Shown here piece by piece: positions 45,721-56,703 of a stretch of DNA of 64,000 nucleotides. Location: the NCBI RefSeq assembly GCF_054482595.1, contig NZ_CM137008.1; one strand, 5' to 3'. How positions within the stretch are numbered: position 1 is the first letter of the stretch; each line of letters opens with the position of its first letter. The position numbers and the translations under genes are program-made. The notes below the pieces were generated by a model, which saw only the letters and a list, made by a program, of their open reading frames with translations, was not told where the DNA came from and did not search any database.

Positions 45721-47544
45721 TCATCGAGGATCTGACTGGTTGTTTTTAGTATCATCACCACAAATGATGGTTAATGCGTTGTAGATCAGTCTGCGTCTGT
45801 TCTTGTTTTCAGCATTATTTCCATACAACATCATGACGTTTTTAATATCATCAACCGGTGATATTACATAATCAACCAATACGCCAAGCTTCTCAATACA
45901 TTGCAGTAAAGTATATTTGTGTCTGCCCGTAAATAATCCTATCAGGTTTTCTTTACTTTCACGACTGGATAATATTTTGTTCTCTGTAATTAATTCAGCC
46001 AACGTTTCACCATCGTAAACACGTTCTTTATCTATCAGAATATTTATCTTATCTAACGCCCTCTCTACATTATCAAGAAGACCTGTAATATACGGAGGCT
46101 GAATATCTGACTTTGTACTAATATTTGCAAGCATCGAATTATACATTTTAATGACACGCATCAGAGTAAAATTATTCGCATCATATTGTATTTCATCTTC
46201 ATTATACGCAGGATCCGTCACGACCCTTAAGTCCATAAATGCATCCTGATAAGCTTTTACATAATCAAGTAATTCGAACAGTGAACCATGCTTTATTTTC
46301 TCCCTGTTTAATTTGATCTCCAGCGCTATCCTGAGAACTGAAAAAGCGCCGGGAAGATACCCAGAAGGTAACTCGTATTTTGGGGATTCATCATAAAACC
46401 GAAGAGCTTTGTGGAGTTTGTTCCGCCGAATCAGATAAATAAGGACGGCCAGTAACATGTAGCACCTGGTCACATAACCACGGGCATTCTGCAACTGTTC
46501 AAAATAATTAATAATGTTTTCCAGATATACATCATCATAACTTTTCTTATCAGAAAGATTAAACACCATATCTTTTAAAGATTCGATATATTCTTGTGAT
46601 TTATCATCAAGTGACACAATATAACGAGTTAATGCTCCTTTGGGGCCACTCTCAAACTCATGAAACCGTTCAAGTAATGCTCTTGCATAAGGCGTTGTGT
46701 CAAAAATATTAAAATCATAAAGATAGCGTGCAGCGTAGCCATACAACCCATGTACCCAAAGCCCTTCTCTTATCAGCACTCTGAGATAATATGCAATACT
46801 GTCAAGTATCTTTACCTTCCGTTGCATATCAAGCAAAATACTTAATGAATAAAATGCATAATAGAACTTGTCAATGTTGTTGAGTATTCTGTCCAGCTCA
46901 CTCTTATCAAGCTTCTTCTCTCTGTAATCCTTCTTGTATTCATTCTTACAGGCCTTTATATATTGTTTCATAAGGCTCTTCCTTTTACCGTACCCTTTTC
47001 GAATAGTTCCCTGGTATTTTCCCAGCTCATACATTTTTCCGTTTTCCCGAAAATCTTCTCTGTTAAATCCCAGTTCAGCAAGATACTCCCGGAGATAACG
47101 TTTAACGGCAGCCTCATCGCTTTCTGTACCAGAGTAATCCAGGCAGGGACAATATGATTTTTGCAAAAAATTATAGATATGATAATAAAACCCTGTTTCA
47201 TTCTCCGGACGATATGTGTTATATATATCCAGCACAATAAAAACAACTCCAAAGCTTTTCAGAAAATAGTTACGGATATATTCGGACTTTAATGTTGAAT
47301 ACACAGGGTAAGAATTCATCATGTAATAAAAATATTCATACCGGGAAAATATAATTCGCCGTTGTTCCAGACTATACACCCCTTCAGCATCAATAATTTG
47401 ACTGAGCTCATTATAACGTTGATCCCAGAATCTTTGATGCGCTCCAAAATCAGTACTCTTCCGCTTATCTCTCGGACTCTCTCCTTCCTTAAACAACTCA
47501 AAAACTGTACAAATATCATACAAAAGATTTGTAAACATGCGCAT
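45721..47544 (-). CDS. hypothetical protein (607 aa), AT-rich, no recognisable catalytic motif; divergent from alpA
   Basis: ORF track; Lys/Tyr/Asn-rich, largely helical-looking sequence; no Walker A, HKD, HNH, DDE or HEPN-like motifs recognised by eye. Confidence 0.6.
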   Translation of the reverse strand: MRMFTNLLYDICTVFELFKEGESPRDKRKSTDFGAHQRFWDQRYNELSQIIDAEGVYSLEQRRIIFSRYEYFYYMMNSYPVYSTLKSEYIRNYFLKSFGVVFIVLDIYNTYRPENETGFYYHIYNFLQKSYCPCLDYSGTESDEAAVKRYLREYLAELGFNREDFRENGKMYELGKYQGTIRKGYGKRKSLMKQYIKACKNEYKKDYREKKLDKSELDRILNNIDKFYYAFYSLSILLDMQRKVKILDSIAYYLRVLIREGLWVHGLYGYAARYLYDFNIFDTTPYARALLERFHEFESGPKGALTRYIVSLDDKSQEYIESLKDMVFNLSDKKSYDDVYLENIINYFEQLQNARGYVTRCYMLLAVLIYLIRRNKLHKALRFYDESPKYELPSGYLPGAFSVLRIALEIKLNREKIKHGSLFELLDYVKAYQDAFMDLRVVTDPAYNEDEIQYDANNFTLMRVIKMYNSMLANISTKSDIQPPYITGLLDNVERALDKINILIDKERVYDGETLAELITENKILSSRESKENLIGLFTGRHKYTLLQCIEKLGVLVDYVISPVDDIKNVMMLYGNNAENKNRRRLIYNALTIICGDDTKNNQSDPR

Positions 47545-47632
47545 CTGCTCTGATCTCCGGTTGGTTTCCGTTTTATCACAGGGGACATTCTGGCCTTAAC
47601 GTAGCAAATTAATGACATAGCCTTCAACTCAC

Positions 47633-47893
47633 ATGGAGAACAATATGTCAACCCAGACCGGACATTTTTATACCCCCTCACGCATCCTGCGTATGGCTGA
47701 ACTTACCCGACTCCTTGGTATATCAAGATCGACCATCTACGAAAAAATGAATCCGGCATCAAAATACTACGATGCCACCTTTCCCCGGCCTGTCCGGCTT
47801 GGGAGTTCGGCTGTAGGCTGGCGGGCATCTGCCATTGATGAGTGGTTAACTTTACATACAACACCAACCAGATCCGTAACTAAGGATAAATAA
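47633..47893 (+). CDS. alpA: AlpA-family phage transcriptional regulator (excisionase-like)
   Basis: ...ILRMAELTRLLGISRSTIYEKMNPASKYYDATFPRPVRLGSSAVGWRASAIDEWL resembles recalled CP4-57 AlpA. Confidence 0.75.
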   Translation: MENNMSTQTGHFYTPSRILRMAELTRLLGISRSTIYEKMNPASKYYDATFPRPVRLGSSAVGWRASAIDEWLTLHTTPTRSVTKDK

Positions 47894-47908
47894 GGAAAAC
47901 TGTACGCC

Positions 47909-49474
47909 ATGACAAAATTATCCCCCCCTGAACTTGACATAACTAAACTGCCTGACAGGTGCCAGGCATTACTTGATGAAATGCATGAAGAAACGGGAAT
48001 AAGCCGTGAAATACTGCTGTCTGTTATGCTGACGGTCAAGGCTGTCTCGGTCCAGGATACGCATGAAGTTGAACTTTCTGGAGGGCAGCGTACCAGTCTT
48101 CAGATATATATGTGTCTTTCATCAGCATCAGGCAGTGGAAAAACCTCTGCCTGCGCAAAATTAATCGCCCCTGTTCATGAAACAGAAGAAGAACTACATC
48201 AGGCATATATCGACGATAAAAAAAACTATGATCGCATGATGGAAATGTGGACAACAGATAAAAAAATCCTGGAGCGGAGATATAAAAAGGAAATGGAAAG
48301 ATCCCCGGAAAATGCTGCTGCTGCACGAGCAGCGCTTGAAAAGTGTATAGCAAATAAACCCGTACCTCCCGTACAACAGGTTCTCATCGTGAATGACGCG
48401 ACACCAGAAGGGATAGCTTTGAAACTCAGCCAGTCACCTTCTCTTCTGTTGCTGTCTGATGAAGGAGGAACTATTCTGGATAAGCGTTTCGAACGCAAAT
48501 CGGCGCTGTACAACACATTATGGAGTGGGCAACCAGTCACCGTAGAACGGGCATCCAGACCCGGGTTCCGGGTAAAGGATTCCCGTCTCACTATGCTTAT
48601 ACTGACTCAACCGGTAATATTTGATAAGTTTTTTACTCTCACTGGCGACCAGATCCGGGGCAATGGCTTTCTGGCCCGGGTGCTATTTTGCGAACCCGGA
48701 GCAAATAAAATAATGACGACAGAACCGCATACTGCCACTCCTGTTGTAACGCAGCAATGTGCAACCTGTTTTCATGAGAAAAGTTTTGGCAGTCAGATCA
48801 GAGACTCTCTGAGAGCGTCCCGGGAAAGGCGTGCAAAAGGTGAGCAACGCATCCGCATGACATTATCACACGCAGCATCCCACGATCTGGAAATCTTTCA
48901 CGAAGAAAATATGAGTGCTGTCAGGCAGAACCCACGTATGACCACTTTCGAAGACATTATCGTCAGGAAAAGAGAACAGGCTGTTCGAATAGCCGCACTT
49001 CTGGAGCTGGAGAACAATCCACATGGTACAGTAATAACACGAGAAAGTATCAATAGTGCTATTTATCTCGTTGATTTTTATTTTCAGCATCTTATATCCA
49101 AACTGGAATCACTTCGGGAAATATCTCCTGCAGAAAAACTGGATAAATGGCTCAGAGAAAATATCATCCGGGTAAAAGGATACGAATATCAAAAAAGCCA
49201 TATACTACAATATGGTCCATATGCTCTCAGGAATAAATGTGTTCTTGATGAAGCACTTGATATACTTGCAGAACAGAAAAAAATCGTAATTGATTATTCA
49301 ATCGGCCAAAAAATCATTTATATCGGTGACGCGATTACACCTTGTGAATTAGCAAATGAGGCAAACATCCCGATAATGGAGCGTGGAATGTTTATAGTCT
49401 GTTGGGACCATAAGCTGAATAAGTACAGAAATGAAGAACAGACTAAAATATGGAACATAACTACAAAAAATTAA
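47909..49474 (+). CDS. DUF3987-family protein (YfjI-like, 521 aa)
   Basis: ORF track; immediately downstream of alpA as in CP4-57 (alpA-yfjI); family recalled, not searched. Confidence 0.6.
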   Translation: MTKLSPPELDITKLPDRCQALLDEMHEETGISREILLSVMLTVKAVSVQDTHEVELSGGQRTSLQIYMCLSSASGSGKTSACAKLIAPVHETEEELHQAYIDDKKNYDRMMEMWTTDKKILERRYKKEMERSPENAAAARAALEKCIANKPVPPVQQVLIVNDATPEGIALKLSQSPSLLLLSDEGGTILDKRFERKSALYNTLWSGQPVTVERASRPGFRVKDSRLTMLILTQPVIFDKFFTLTGDQIRGNGFLARVLFCEPGANKIMTTEPHTATPVVTQQCATCFHEKSFGSQIRDSLRASRERRAKGEQRIRMTLSHAASHDLEIFHEENMSAVRQNPRMTTFEDIIVRKREQAVRIAALLELENNPHGTVITRESINSAIYLVDFYFQHLISKLESLREISPAEKLDKWLRENIIRVKGYEYQKSHILQYGPYALRNKCVLDEALDILAEQKKIVIDYSIGQKIIYIGDAITPCELANEANIPIMERGMFIVCWDHKLNKYRNEEQTKIWNITTKN

Positions 49475-49517
49475 AGTTCCCGTCTTTTATCATTCAGTTA
49501 CCAACCTGAATATCTGA

Positions 49518-49557
49518 AACAATGCCAGACATCGGTTACAAACTGGCATTGTTTTTA
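49518..49557 (+). terminator. rho-independent terminator after the DUF3987 gene
   Basis: Stem aacaatgccag / ctggcattgtt with 14-nt loop, followed by ttttta. Confidence 0.5.
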
Positions 49558-49697
49558 TCATTCAATTTATAAACTACAATATTACGTATTATTTTTACAT
49601 TTATGTCATTGCAAATATCAGACAAACAAGCATTATAACTCAATAAGTATATTTTTCGTGATTACAGACGACATCTGCAAATCTGTGAGATGTGATT

Positions 49698-50906
49698 TCA
49701 TCGCTGGTTTTCCATAATCTGAGACATCACATAATCCGCCCATGCCTGCATCATCGGTATACGCTGATCCAGCAGATCAGTCCGGTGATATGCCGCCTCA
49801 ACCTTATTTTTCAGCGTATGGGCAAGCGCCCTTTCCGCCAAATCCCGCGAATATCCCTGTTCGCTACACCAGTCCCTGAATGTTGAACGAAAACCATGTG
49901 CTGTAGCCACTCGTCCGGGTATATCACTGATGGCCTTCTTTTTACGCAGAAAACTCGTCAACACCATATCTGAAAGGATCTGCTGCTTTCTGGGAGAAGG
50001 AAACACCAGTTCGTCATGCAGACCACGTATATTTTCCAGAACGTGAATGGCCTGTCGGGATAAAGGAACACGATGCTGTATCCTGGCTTTCATTCTTTCT
50101 GCGGGTATCGTCCATATCCGCTTATGAAAATCAATTTCAGCCCAGCGCATTCCCCTTGCTTCGCCCGAGCGGGTTGCTGTCAGTATCACCATTAATAACA
50201 GTGCCCGGGTAACATTATAAGGTTCATCTGTATACACACTGGTCGCCACAAAAAGCGGTAACTGCCTCCAGGGCATTGCCGGCTGGTGTTCATCACGTCC
50301 TCTTGATTGCTGTGGAAGCAAATGATCAACCACATCAACAGGATTCGCCACACAAAAACCATGCGCCCAGCCCCACTGCATAACAACATGAATGCGCTGT
50401 TTAACCCGGCTTGCCGTTTCTGACAAGGTTAACCAGACTGGACGCAGTGTTTCTGCCACGTCCGCAGCCGTAATCGAATCCAGCGTTTTTGCTCCCAGTT
50501 GAGGAAACGCGTAATTCTCAAGCGTCGATAACCACTGCCTTACATGCTTTGGATTTTCCCATCCAGGAGACAGTTCTGCATGTACACGCCTGGCTGCATC
50601 GGCAAATGTTGGGATAACAACTTTTTCAGCTTCAGCCTTTTTAATCTCCAGAGGATCATCACCTGCAGCAAGTTGCTCTCGCATTATCCGGGCAGTACGT
50701 GCAGCTTCAGCAATACTGACCTCAGGATAAGTTCCCAATCCAGCATTACGCCTTTTTTGTGTCACCGGACTTACATAACGAAAAACCCATTTACCCCTCC
50801 CCTTTACTGAAGAAGGATGAAGAGTCAGTCCTGTAATTCCCCCATGGGGCAATGGTTTGTCATCAGGTTTGATATGCCTTGCTTTAGTATCCGTCAATAC
50901 TGCCAT
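49698..50906 (-). CDS. int: P4-type tyrosine integrase (402 aa)
   Basis: N-terminal MAVLTDTKARHIKPDDKPLPHGGITGLTLHP...YPEVSIAEAARTARIMREQLAAG (DUF4102-like arm-binding domain); C-terminal catalytic HGFRSTFRDW and AAYHRTDLL (Tyr). Confidence 0.9.
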   Translation of the reverse strand: MAVLTDTKARHIKPDDKPLPHGGITGLTLHPSSVKGRGKWVFRYVSPVTQKRRNAGLGTYPEVSIAEAARTARIMREQLAAGDDPLEIKKAEAEKVVIPTFADAARRVHAELSPGWENPKHVRQWLSTLENYAFPQLGAKTLDSITAADVAETLRPVWLTLSETASRVKQRIHVVMQWGWAHGFCVANPVDVVDHLLPQQSRGRDEHQPAMPWRQLPLFVATSVYTDEPYNVTRALLLMVILTATRSGEARGMRWAEIDFHKRIWTIPAERMKARIQHRVPLSRQAIHVLENIRGLHDELVFPSPRKQQILSDMVLTSFLRKKKAISDIPGRVATAHGFRSTFRDWCSEQGYSRDLAERALAHTLKNKVEAAYHRTDLLDQRIPMMQAWADYVMSQIMENQR

Positions 50907-51066
50907 ACGCTAATTCCTGTTACTCTGGTATGCCATTCAGTATGCCATTAGTCTCTCACTTCACTAAGAATACATTAGATAACATCGGACAGAAAAAATT
51001 GTAATGCATTGTTTATAATAAGGTTATATAACACTCCCGGATTAAGTCAGATTTATTTCAGGCGGT

Positions 51067-51080
51067 CCCCCTCACCGCCA
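51067..51080 (+). repeat. attR core: 14-bp direct repeat of the serX 3' end
   Basis: ccccctcaccgcca identical to 9447..9460; followed by the displaced terminator. Confidence 0.65.
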
Positions 51081-51093
51081 TATTTAAAGAAGA

Positions 51094-51122
51094 GCTCGTA
51101 CGAAAGTACGGGCTTTTTTTTC
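51094..51122 (+). terminator. rho-independent terminator (probably the native serX terminator displaced by the island)
   Basis: Hairpin gctcgtac gaaa gtacgggc followed by ttttttttc, 14 bp after the attR repeat. Confidence 0.6.
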
Positions 51123-51272
51123 GTATATTGCACACACCGGGTGCCCCCGCCCACGTCTGTTAGGGCGAGGGGAAATCGTGCACATCAACTGTCTGGTTAC
51201 TCAGTCAACAATCAAAATGCGCAAGAGAGTACAGAACATATATGTATTATCTGGTCACTTCCTATCACTTCC

Positions 51273-52259
51273 TCACTTATTAAAATGCCCCCAACGGAAA
51301 TACATGTCACATGCCATCATAAAATCGTTATGCCAGAGGAATCGACAATAGAAAAAATAGTAAATTAAGCACGGTACATAGCAGAGTAAAAAATAGGCTT
51401 CAAACCAAATCCGCCATTCCACAAGCGTTGCCAATACCGACACCAGCGTAATCCACATCACTTCAATAACCAGCAATATGAATAACCGAAGCCAAAGCGG
51501 CTTGGCAAAAAAGGTCGACAACACATTTTCACTGGAGAAAAAGAGATCGATTTCCTGCAAAAAAAGCCTGCCCAAAAAAGCGTACCGCCTGGAGAAGCGC
51601 AGAAAAAACAGATTAATCGCCAACACTACGCCACAAAGAATGAGCAATGCAATTATCGATTTAAACGTTAACCACTGCCCCTCTATCACAAAAGAATCAC
51701 TGTTACGCAACGGGCTGATAGTAAGCAGGTTAACAACCGTTGAGATGCACACCGAAAGCAGCACATAGCGAGTCAGACTTTTATATTTTACTTTTTTCGC
51801 TACTGAAATAGCGACCTGCTTGACATAACTGGTGCGGATCATCCGAAACAGCAGAAAGATAACCAACGGCCCAAGTAACGAAATCAGGAACAGCGCATAT
51901 AACGAGGGTAGACGCTGGTATAGCCCCCAACTCATTGCACTCAACATGATTAACGACAGAAATCCTGCCACCAGAGGTTGCGTAATAAATAATTCTATTT
52001 TGTGGTTCTGCTTTTTCTTAAACCACGAAAAATCGATATTCTTCGTGACGCATTTATAAGCCCAGTACGCCTTGAGATCAAAAATAAAATTATACAGCAC
52101 CAGGGCCAGAATCCCACTAACGACACCAATATCCTCTGATGGAAAAGTAAATCCTGCATTTTTCCAATAAAAGCCTATCAGAATAAGTCCAATAGCATAA
52201 ATGTATATCAGACTTCGTTTATCCTGAAAGCGAATAAAAGTTAAATAATCAGGAATCAT
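51273..52259 (-). CDS. ycdU: inner-membrane protein YcdU (328 aa)
   Basis: ORF track 328 aa, multi-pass hydrophobic; K-12 backbone gene next to serX. Confidence 0.85.
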   Translation of the reverse strand: MIPDYLTFIRFQDKRSLIYIYAIGLILIGFYWKNAGFTFPSEDIGVVSGILALVLYNFIFDLKAYWAYKCVTKNIDFSWFKKKQNHKIELFITQPLVAGFLSLIMLSAMSWGLYQRLPSLYALFLISLLGPLVIFLLFRMIRTSYVKQVAISVAKKVKYKSLTRYVLLSVCISTVVNLLTISPLRNSDSFVIEGQWLTFKSIIALLILCGVVLAINLFFLRFSRRYAFLGRLFLQEIDLFFSSENVLSTFFAKPLWLRLFILLVIEVMWITLVSVLATLVEWRIWFEAYFLLCYVPCLIYYFFYCRFLWHNDFMMACDMYFRWGHFNK

Positions 52260-53200
52260 TTGAATACCTTCGCATCACTAAATGCTTTACGACAATGCAT
52301 AACTCGTTGCTGATCCACGCCAGCGAAATCATTTAACATATTCCCCAAATAGGGCTTATTACTTATTTCAAGGAAAGCTACCGAGGTTGGCATATTCAGA
52401 AATGTATCGAGAGATTCAGTCCATTTCACCGTATGAGTTAAGTGTAATGAGAGATTTTCTTTGATAATTGACGGAGCGACCTCGCTTTTTGCTGTTACGT
52501 TCATCAGAACCTGATGCTCTGGCGAAGCGATATCCAGTCCGGCAAGATAATCGCGCATTGCCTGAACGCCGTCTTCCATCAAACGCGTGTGCCAGGCACC
52601 GCTCACACCGAGTTTAACCGGTTCGTATCCAGCGGCCATCAGCAGCGTGGCAAATTCATTCAACGCAGCCTGCGTTCCCCCAATAACCTGCTGGCGCGGC
52701 GTGTTATCACAGCTAATATCCAGCGCAATGCCTGATTCCGTAATCATCGTCTGCAGTTGTTCGCGGTTGATGCCTTTAACCGCCAGCATTGCGCCTTTAT
52801 TTCTCTGGCTTTCGTCATGCATTAGGCTGGCTCTGAAGTGAATCATGCCAAATAGCGTCTCAAGAGAAATAGCTCCAGCGGCGTAGAGCGCACTGTATTC
52901 ACCAACGCTGTGTCCGCAGGAGCCCACAACCGTTAAATTCTCAAGACGCTCGCGGCACAGGGTATAGAGCGTTACATTAATTGCGGTCACCGCCAGTTGT
53001 TGTACCGTCGTTTGAATAAGGCGATTCATCGGCCCTTTCTGACACAGGCGACGCAGGTTCAGTCCGGAAATATCGCTGGCACAATCCCAGATATGTTTTG
53101 TACTGGCGTTGAGATCCCAAAGATCGCTGCCCATACCAATAACCGGATTACCCTGACCGGCAAAAAGCAGTACTGTCGGTTGTGAAGCATTATTCATCAT
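52256..53200 (-). CDS. FabD-like acyltransferase (malonyl-CoA:ACP transacylase family, 314 aa)
   Basis: [12 protein letters not shown] and active-site GHSVGE motifs; occupies the position of the K-12 ymdE fragment (recalled). Confidence 0.75.
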   Translation of the reverse strand: MMNNASQPTVLLFAGQGNPVIGMGSDLWDLNASTKHIWDCASDISGLNLRRLCQKGPMNRLIQTTVQQLAVTAINVTLYTLCRERLENLTVVGSCGHSVGEYSALYAAGAISLETLFGMIHFRASLMHDESQRNKGAMLAVKGINREQLQTMITESGIALDISCDNTPRQQVIGGTQAALNEFATLLMAAGYEPVKLGVSGAWHTRLMEDGVQAMRDYLAGLDIASPEHQVLMNVTAKSEVAPSIIKENLSLHLTHTVKWTESLDTFLNMPTSVAFLEISNKPYLGNMLNDFAGVDQQRVMHCRKAFSDAKVFK

Positions 53201-53210
53201 CTCTTTATCC

Positions 53211-54599
53211 TTATAGATAGTATTTAAAGCCCAAATAAAGGCCTAACGTGTCGCCAAAAAGCGCAAATTCAGAATACCGACTTCCCAGCGCGCTATAGCC
53301 ACCGGCATAGGCTTCAAGCTGGTTACTGATAGCGCTGAGCGGCGTGGAATAATGCAGGCCCAGCAACGTGCTGCCATCAATGAGATTGACCACCAGCGAA
53401 GGCTGCAGCGTCGACTCTCCCGCCAGCGGCAGACTGGCCCAGGCGTTCAGATAGTGCTTACCCTGCAGCATCCCCTGATTGGCGGTATTGCTGATTTCTG
53501 AAGCCATCAGGTATTTGTAAGAATCAAATGCCTGATCCAGTGGCGCATAGCCGGTTGTGGTATTGAGGAAGTCAATTAACTCGCGCTGCTGACGCTGTTC
53601 AGCGCGCGAATACCCCTCGCTCTGAAAGTAATACTCAACGCCAAACACGCTGAAATTATCGCTGGTGTACTGCCCCCCCAGGGCCAGCTCCACGCCGCTT
53701 TCGTCTTTCGTTTCATAGAGCGAATCCGGAAACTGATATTCCTCGACCTGCGCCGTCTCATGGTGGGAAAGATGCCGCCATTGTTGGGAGCGGTGGTAGG
53801 CTGCGTCGACATTCAGCGTCAGCTGCGGGGTGTAGTGATAACTGTCAGACAGCGCGAGTGACGGCGATGGTCCGAGCCGCACATTGACTGTCGGCGTGTG
53901 CTCACCAAAGCGATGGTCGCTGTAGCTCAGCAGATAGGCTTCATCGCTGTTTCCCTGCTGATTAGCAGACCAGTTGCCAGACGTCACATAGCGTTTGTCG
54001 ATGGTGGCTAACTTCGGTATGACGCTCGCCGAAAACGCATAATCGCGTGTATCCAAGTTCATTTTTGCGCCCCACGATGACGCCTGATACGCCGATGTCA
54101 TTTTGGGATCGTGCAAACGTGTCGACTGGAATCCGGTGTAATAATGCGTTTGCAAATCAGAAGGCGAACGCAAAAAGAACATTCCTGACGGCGCGGCAAA
54201 TTTTCCAGCTTCAAATTGAACGCTGTCCGAAGCGCTATAGACCAGACTGAGGCGGTTAATTAACGCACGCGTGCGGCTATCATCCGTTTCGAATTTCCCT
54301 GCGGGTTTAAGCGCATATTCGTTTATTCCATACAGATTGAGCTTAAGCTCCAGCGTATTGTCGATTATCGAACAACCGCTATTGATGCCAATCCCCGCCT
54401 CCTGATAACCGTTGTGACGTGTGTAGGGATTTTTGCCTGCAATCTGCCAGGCCGAAGCCTGTTTATTGACATAAGACACCTGCTCGTAAAGCGTCACATC
54501 GCTGTTTTGTGCCACCTCGTCACCTGACAGGCAATCCGCCTGTACCGTCAACGGCAGCGCAACACACAGCAACGAAGAGATCTTCAGCGTACGTTTCAT
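53211..54599 (-). CDS. secreted protein with signal peptide (putative outer-membrane protein, 462 aa)
   Basis: N-terminal MKRTLKISSLLCVALPLTVQA; Tyr/Ser/Gly-rich alternating sequence suggestive of beta-strands. Confidence 0.45.
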   Translation of the reverse strand: MKRTLKISSLLCVALPLTVQADCLSGDEVAQNSDVTLYEQVSYVNKQASAWQIAGKNPYTRHNGYQEAGIGINSGCSIIDNTLELKLNLYGINEYALKPAGKFETDDSRTRALINRLSLVYSASDSVQFEAGKFAAPSGMFFLRSPSDLQTHYYTGFQSTRLHDPKMTSAYQASSWGAKMNLDTRDYAFSASVIPKLATIDKRYVTSGNWSANQQGNSDEAYLLSYSDHRFGEHTPTVNVRLGPSPSLALSDSYHYTPQLTLNVDAAYHRSQQWRHLSHHETAQVEEYQFPDSLYETKDESGVELALGGQYTSDNFSVFGVEYYFQSEGYSRAEQRQQRELIDFLNTTTGYAPLDQAFDSYKYLMASEISNTANQGMLQGKHYLNAWASLPLAGESTLQPSLVVNLIDGSTLLGLHYSTPLSAISNQLEAYAGGYSALGSRYSEFALFGDTLGLYLGFKYYL

Positions 54600-55384
54600 T
54601 TCGCACCTCGCTGAATATACTCTTTGGTGAAATGAAACTCCGGCAGCGATTCCAGACGAACATCGCTGTACTCCATCACTGAATAGTTATTGCCGTGACG
54701 AACATCGGTAACGGTTATTTTCATGGGTCGCGTTTTCCCCAACACCGGCTGGAAATCCTGATACAACACTTCTTTTATTAACTGGTCATCCTGCGAATAA
54801 TAGGCCGCCTTCCACGGGCGATTATCACCGTCTTTTTCAACGTAATAGATAACCTTCGGCCAGGTGATATCCGCCGATTTACGCACCAGCGCCAGCTTGT
54901 AACACTGCTTTTCAGCACACGTGACTTCCCCCACCAGGGTCGAGTCATAGGCATATTCAAAGTTAGTGACAATGACATCGCCGTTAGAGATTTGCCCAAT
55001 TAATCTTTGTTGCCGTGAAATAGGCATAGGACGTCGCAGTTCCGGCGTGTAAAACCATAAATCGTACCAGTCGGAAAGCATGATTTTTCCTTTATCTCGC
55101 GGCGGATAAATAAAACGCACCAGCGAGCGTGCATCCGCTTTTTCATTACCCTGCGGTTTCATAAAGCGCATGGAAATATCGAGGACCTGTTTATTCTCTG
55201 GCTGGGTTGCGCCCGCTTTATATTCCGTTACCGTCAGCGTGTAACGAAACGGTTTATTCGGCGAACGAATTTCGTCAGCGCGACGAATTATCTCCAGCGC
55301 CTTATTATCTGTGCTCGCCGCCTGAACGCACGACGTAGCGAGCCACAGGCAAGCAAACCACTTGCCGTAAAAAGCCATATTCAT
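54596..55384 (-). CDS. periplasmic LolA-like / lipoprotein-sorting-like protein (putative, 262 aa)
   Basis: Signal peptide; adjacent to an FtsX-type ABC permease; family recalled, not searched. Confidence 0.4.
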   Translation of the reverse strand: MNMAFYGKWFACLWLATSCVQAASTDNKALEIIRRADEIRSPNKPFRYTLTVTEYKAGATQPENKQVLDISMRFMKPQGNEKADARSLVRFIYPPRDKGKIMLSDWYDLWFYTPELRRPMPISRQQRLIGQISNGDVIVTNFEYAYDSTLVGEVTCAEKQCYKLALVRKSADITWPKVIYYVEKDGDNRPWKAAYYSQDDQLIKEVLYQDFQPVLGKTRPMKITVTDVRHGNNYSVMEYSDVRLESLPEFHFTKEYIQRGAK

Positions 55385-55392
55385 AATTAGCC

Positions 55393-56703
55393 CTATGAGA
55401 ATTTAAATGCGTCAGAAATATTCAGCCGGGAAGCACGTAAAGCCGGTAACACAGAGGCGCCTGTTGCTGTCAAAATGGGTAATACCACCGTCACCCAAAT
55501 CAATTCCGGGTTACTGGTTTTTATAAAGGCGGTATAGCCGATGGTTTGTCCAGGCGATGGCGGCATCGCAATACCATAAAGATTAATAATCCAGGCTAAC
55601 ACGCCCCCCACCAGCAGGCTGCCGACGGCGCCAATCACACCAATAAAAATGCCTTCTGTCAGAAACAAGCGCGTGACGTGAAGCGGCTTCAGGCCTATGG
55701 CACGCAGAGTGGTAATTTCACGGGTGCGCTCAACAATGTTCATTGCCATCGAGTTGCCGATCATGAAGATGACAATCAGCGCAACAATCAGCTTGATGAA
55801 GAAATAGATCCCCGATAGCAACCCTTCAACCTGTTGATAAAAGAGTGAAACATCACGCCAGTCTTTGACCACCAGCGGCAAATGATTGCGTTCGATAAAT
55901 TGACGCAGCTTTGCGCTAAACGCCGCGGTGTCATCTTCTTTAAGCAGAATTAGCACTTTGCTGACGCCATCCGTACCCATCATGCGCTGCGCGGTGTCCA
56001 GCGGGATCTTCATCGCGACATCGTCATAATCTTTAATGCCTGACTCAAAAATGCCACGCAGTTTTAGCGACAATGCGCCCTGCCCGCCCGCCGTGTTGAC
56101 CACCATCACATCCAGCCAGTCGTCGTATTTCGCATTCAACGTTTTCGCCAGACCGCTGCCCAGGGTGATTTCATCACCTTTTACCTGGGAAAGATCGCTC
56201 CCCGCGATAATCTTATCGAACGATCCCAGCTTTAAAGCGGGTAACGGCTCCACCCCCAGCGCGGAGAAATAGCTGGAGGTTTCGCTCTCGTAATGTGAAA
56301 TTACGCCAGTAAACTCCAGTTGCCCGGAGAGCGTGGAAATATCCGCCGCCAGCGTCGGGTCCGACAAAATAGCTTTCTTTAACGCCGCATAATCGGCAAT
56401 CAGGCTCTTATTTTTATTCGACGTTTCAAAATAGTGCTGATTGTAAATTTGTACATGACCAATATTGGTACGAATCGTCTGCTCTTTCAGGATCCAGAAA
56501 GAGTAATCAATAAATCCGCCATATAAAAAAATTGCCACGCCACCCAATACAATGGCGGTTATAGTAGAAAAAGAGCGACGCTTGTGGCGAAAGAGATTCA
56601 AAAATGCAAATTTGACATCTCGTGAATAAAACAGAAGCTGATAAAACACAAAAAACAGAATCAGCAGCAGAACGCTATTAACAGCTAAAATTTCCCCGGA
56701 CAT
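55393..56703 (-). CDS. ABC transporter permease, FtsX/LolC-MacB family (436 aa)
   Basis: N-terminal TM helix, large periplasmic domain, C-terminal 3-TM bundle (…ITTLRAIGLKPLHVTRLFLTEG…). Confidence 0.7.
   Translation of the reverse strand: MSGEILAVNSVLLLILFFVFYQLLFYSRDVKFAFLNLFRHKRRSFSTITAIVLGGVAIFLYGGFIDYSFWILKEQTIRTNIGHVQIYNQHYFETSNKNKSLIADYAALKKAILSDPTLAADISTLSGQLEFTGVISHYESETSSYFSALGVEPLPALKLGSFDKIIAGSDLSQVKGDEITLGSGLAKTLNAKYDDWLDVMVVNTAGGQGALSLKLRGIFESGIKDYDDVAMKIPLDTAQRMMGTDGVSKVLILLKEDDTAAFSAKLRQFIERNHLPLVVKDWRDVSLFYQQVEGLLSGIYFFIKLIVALIVIFMIGNSMAMNIVERTREITTLRAIGLKPLHVTRLFLTEGIFIGVIGAVGSLLVGGVLAWIINLYGIAMPPSPGQTIGYTAFIKTSNPELIWVTVVLPILTATGASVLPALRASRLNISDAFKFS

Noticed and set aside
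50907-51272. A second tRNA gene expected beside the integrase
   Set aside because: Only the 14-bp 3'-end repeat of serX is present; no T-loop (GGTTCGAATCC) or acceptor stem was found.
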